Shown: positions 1 through 1,011 of the stretch, piece after piece | How positions within the stretch are numbered: position 1 is the first letter of the stretch | Layout of the letters: each line of letters begins with the position of its first letter | From: Naegleria gruberi | Lineage: Eukaryota | Assembly (NCBI GenBank): GCA_000004985.1 | Contig: GG739619.1 | Strand: one strand, 5' to 3' | Length of the DNA stretch: 1,011 bases | The notes under the pieces: generated by a model | Told to the model about the DNA's origin: nothing | The model's database searches: none | Seen by the model: the letters and a program-made list of their open reading frames with translations, nothing else | Translations under genes and position numbers: made by a program

Positions 1-2
1 TG

Positions 3-497
3 AATCAGAATATTGTTCAAATTAAGAAGATACCGAGCTACTTTTCATCCTTTTCAACAAGTAACAATTCTGGGATTTATATTCCTGCAGCAGTGATTGA
101 GCAAACTTCAACACCAGGTGATAATATTTGGTATTCTCTGTGCTGTGCTTTTGGAGGGCTATGCACATTGATTATTGTACTCATCTTTCTACTCTTCTCT
201 GCCATTTGTTTATTCTTCCCACTTATTTATAGTAGAAGTCCAAAGATTCCAATTTTTAACACATTCCCAATTGAGGTTGGATATGGAATGGTTGGAGTGT
301 TAGGGTTGACCTTTTTAGTTTTGCTCTGTTTCTCGAGTTGTTCAATTTATTGCTGTTTATTTGTGAAAAATACGAATCGATCTTCAGATGGAGAGGATAA
401 TGATGAGGAACAAAACAGACCAATGTGTTGTTGCTATTTCGAGTTGGATAATAATGACGATGATGGATTCTTGGCACCTGTTGGTGATTTAATTTAA
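3..497 (+). CDS. Small cysteine-rich membrane protein with two hydrophobic segments, unknown family. It is 5'-partial: frame 3 is open from the window edge to the TAA at 495-497. The ORF-track start at 93 is a GTG and the frame is open upstream of it, so the true start or an upstream exon lies outside the window or across a splice site near 90.
   Basis: Frame 3 has no stop from nt 3 to the TAA at 495-497 and no in-frame ATG. The translation is NQNIVQIKKIPSYFSSFSTSNNSGIYIPAAVIEQTSTPGDNIWYSLCCAFGGLCTLIIVLIFLLFSAICLFFPLIYSRSPKIPIFNTFPIEVGYGMVGVLGLTFLVLLCFSSCSIYCCLFVKNTNRSSDGEDNDEEQNRPMCCCYFELDNNDDDGFLAPVGDLI*. It contains two ~25-30 aa hydrophobic stretches, one bracketed by CC motifs and one by CC-like motifs, then an acidic D/E/N-rich tail with a CCC triplet. 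Codon usage (GGA Gly, CCA Pro, AGA/CGA Arg, CTT/TTG Leu) matches gene 2. AATAAA lies 37 nt downstream of the stop. The start coordinate is uncertain: alternatives are exon start at 91 after the acceptor-like ttcctgcag (82-90), or GTG 93 if prokaryotic, which I consider unlikely. Confidence 0.6.
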   Translation, partial: NQNIVQIKKIPSYFSSFSTSNNSGIYIPAAVIEQTSTPGDNIWYSLCCAFGGLCTLIIVLIFLLFSAICLFFPLIYSRSPKIPIFNTFPIEVGYGMVGVLGLTFLVLLCFSSCSIYCCLFVKNTNRSSDGEDNDEEQNRPMCCCYFELDNNDDDGFLAPVGDLI

Positions 498-533
498 TTT
501 CTTGAAAAATCTTAATTTTACAAAAAATTCTTG

Positions 534-539
534 AATAAA
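534..539 (+). promoter_or_regulatory. Canonical AATAAA polyadenylation signal, likely serving gene 1. A variant ATTAAA is also present at 586-591.
   Basis: The hexamer AATAAA lies 37 nt downstream of the gene 1 TAA stop in a U/A-rich context (ttcttgAATAAAtaacgaatc). Position and sequence fit a eukaryotic 3' end signal. Function is inferred only. Confidence 0.4.
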
Positions 540-641
540 TAACGAATCAATCATGTAAATTTATTTAGAATATCCGTAATTACATATTAAACAAGATTGA
601 AATATCAGAAATTCCAAATCCTATTGAAAATTATTTAAATT

Positions 642-682
642 ATTAAAAATTCTGACAACAAATTTAAACAAATTAAAAATTC
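642..682 (+). repeat. Perfect 11-bp direct repeat ATTAAAAATTC at 642-652 and 672-682, with 30 bp periodicity, in the intergenic spacer upstream of gene 2.
   Basis: This is an exact match seen in the sequence. Flanks are partly similar (aaattATTAAAAATTCtga vs aacaaATTAAAAATTCatg). The related words AAAAATTC at 523-530 and GAAATTCC at 608-615 recur in the same spacer. The background is AT-rich and low-complexity, so chance repetition is possible. Confidence 0.5.
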
Positions 683-702
683 ATGATGAACTTTTTTAAA
701 AA

Positions 703-709
703 TATAAAA
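703..709 (+). promoter_or_regulatory. TATA-like element TATAAAA, 12-18 bp upstream of ATG 721.
   Basis: TATAAAA matches the TATA-box consensus. However it sits in a region that is all A/T, and it is too close to ATG 721 for a canonical metazoan -30 placement unless transcription starts at or after 721 and translation begins at a downstream in-frame ATG (808, 829 or 901). This is a weak call. Confidence 0.2.
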
Positions 710-720
710 ATTAAAAAAAA

Positions 721-1011
721 ATGTACAGAGGTGATAGAAGAATTTCCCACATAACCAATCCGTTCCACGTAAAACACATTACTCCACCAAGTAATCGATC
801 ACCGGATATGATTCACTGGGATGATTTGATGACTGATGAATATTTTAATGCTGTTCTTGAGAGCAAGCCTCCAAAGATAACTTCGGAAGCAGCTGCCGAG
901 ATGCCTGCTCTCGGATTTAATCCTAATGAACCTATTGTTTGGATTGATATTGAAACAACAGGATTGGATGTGCACAAGGATAAAATTTTGGAAATTTCAT
1001 GTGTTATTACT
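721..1011 (+). CDS. REXO2: Oligoribonuclease (REXO2/Rex2/Orn family, DEDDh 3'-5' exoribonuclease). N-terminal 97 codons, 3'-partial, continuing past the window end. It includes a ~73-aa N-terminal extension that is probably an organellar (mitochondrial) presequence.
   Basis: Frame 1 is open from ATG 721 to the window end and is not in the ORF track because there is no stop in the window. In-frame TAA at 712-714 lies directly upstream, so 721 is the first possible ATG, and the context aaaaaaaaATG is A-rich. Translation: MYRGDRRISHITNPFHVKHITPPSNRSPDMIHWDDLMTDEYFNAVLESKPPKITSEAAAEMPALGFNPNEPIVWIDIETTGLDVHKDKILEISCVIT. Residues 74-97, encoded at nt 940-1011, match the oligoribonuclease Exo I region (E. 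coli Orn ...[27 protein letters not shown]; human REXO2 ...[27 protein letters not shown]), including the catalytic D-x-E at nt 946-954. This is recalled from memory of the family sequences, not from a database search. Confidence 0.82.
   Translation, partial: MYRGDRRISHITNPFHVKHITPPSNRSPDMIHWDDLMTDEYFNAVLESKPPKITSEAAAEMPALGFNPNEPIVWIDIETTGLDVHKDKILEISCVIT

Noticed and set aside
93-95. GTG as the start codon of gene 1, as implied by the ORF track (93..497)
   Set aside because: The frame is open upstream to the window edge. The sequence context looks eukaryotic (AATAAA signal, A-rich ATG context for gene 2, organellar presequence on the Orn homolog), and there is no Shine-Dalgarno sequence. 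GTG is simply the first alternative-start triplet picked by a bacterial-style ORF caller.
256-477. Minus-strand 73-aa ORF (MPRIHHRHYYPTRNSNNTLVCFVPHHYPLHLKIDSYFSQINSNKLNNSRNRAKLKRSTLTLQPFHIQPQLGMC) from the ORF track
   Set aside because: It lies entirely antisense within the better-supported gene 1 coding region. Its composition is low-complexity (H/N/R/S-rich) with no recognisable motif, it has no start context or downstream signal, and it is typical of a spurious antisense frame in coding DNA.
586-591. ATTAAA as a second polyadenylation signal
   Set aside because: It is a plausible variant hexamer but indistinguishable from background in a spacer that is ~80% A/T. The canonical AATAAA at 534-539 is better placed. 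I kept it only as a note in the polyA feature.
593-632. Giant-virus (mimivirus-type) early promoter motif AAAATTGA
   Set aside because: Only permuted near-matches are present (AAGATTGAAA at 594-603 and ATTGAAAATT at 623-632), with no exact AAAATTGA. The gene content (REXO2-like with presequence) and polyA signals point to a cellular eukaryote.
495-686. Possibility of a ciliate nuclear genetic code (TAA/TAG = Gln). Frame 3 after the gene 1 TAA contains only TAA codons and no TGA until 684-686, and the 61-90 segment resembles a Paramecium-size (30-nt) intron.
   Set aside because: The stretch without TAG/TGA is short (about 63 codons, P roughly 0.1 by chance in this composition). Its read-through translation is low-complexity and K/I/N-rich. 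All Gln codons in both genes are CAA/CAG with no in-frame TAA/TAG. Gene 1 ends naturally with an acidic tail followed by AATAAA, and the putative intron ends in CAG rather than the ciliate-typical TAG. Standard code is more parsimonious, but a check of the source organism would settle it.
721-1011. Bacterial orn gene interpretation
   Set aside because: There is no ribosome-binding site upstream of any candidate start. A 73-aa basic N-terminal extension is not a feature of bacterial Orn, and AT-rich Firmicutes-type genomes generally use NrnA rather than Orn. A eukaryotic REXO2/Rex2 ortholog fits better.

Overview
This is an AT-rich, eukaryote-like window (GGA-rich Gly codons, an AAAAAAAA-ATG start context and AATAAA signals, suggesting a nematode or other invertebrate, though the organism is not resolved). 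It holds two co-oriented plus-strand genes separated by a 223-bp, very AT-rich spacer. Gene 1 (frame 3, open from the left edge to a TAA at 495-497) encodes the C-terminal part of a small cysteine-rich protein with two long hydrophobic segments and an acidic, Cys-containing tail, and I cannot place it in a known family. It has no in-frame ATG in the window, so the GTG at 93 used by the ORF track is probably not the real start. Gene 2 (frame 1, ATG at 721, running off the right edge) is clearly the N-terminus of an oligoribonuclease (REXO2/Rex2/Orn, DEDDh 3'-5' exonuclease). The conserved Exo I motif ...PIVWIDIETTGLDVHKDKILEISCVIT sits at the window edge, preceded by a ~73-residue basic, Ser/Pro/His-rich extension that looks like an organellar targeting presequence. 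The spacer carries an AATAAA 37 nt after the gene 1 stop, an 11-bp direct repeat spaced 30 bp apart, recurring AAAATTC/TTGAAAA words, a TATA-like element and a small overlapping uORF. I found no RNA genes, CRISPR arrays or mobile elements. The most plausible new biology is the unassigned Cys-rich membrane protein and its operon-like coupling to the oligoribonuclease gene. Nothing here can be confirmed without database searches.
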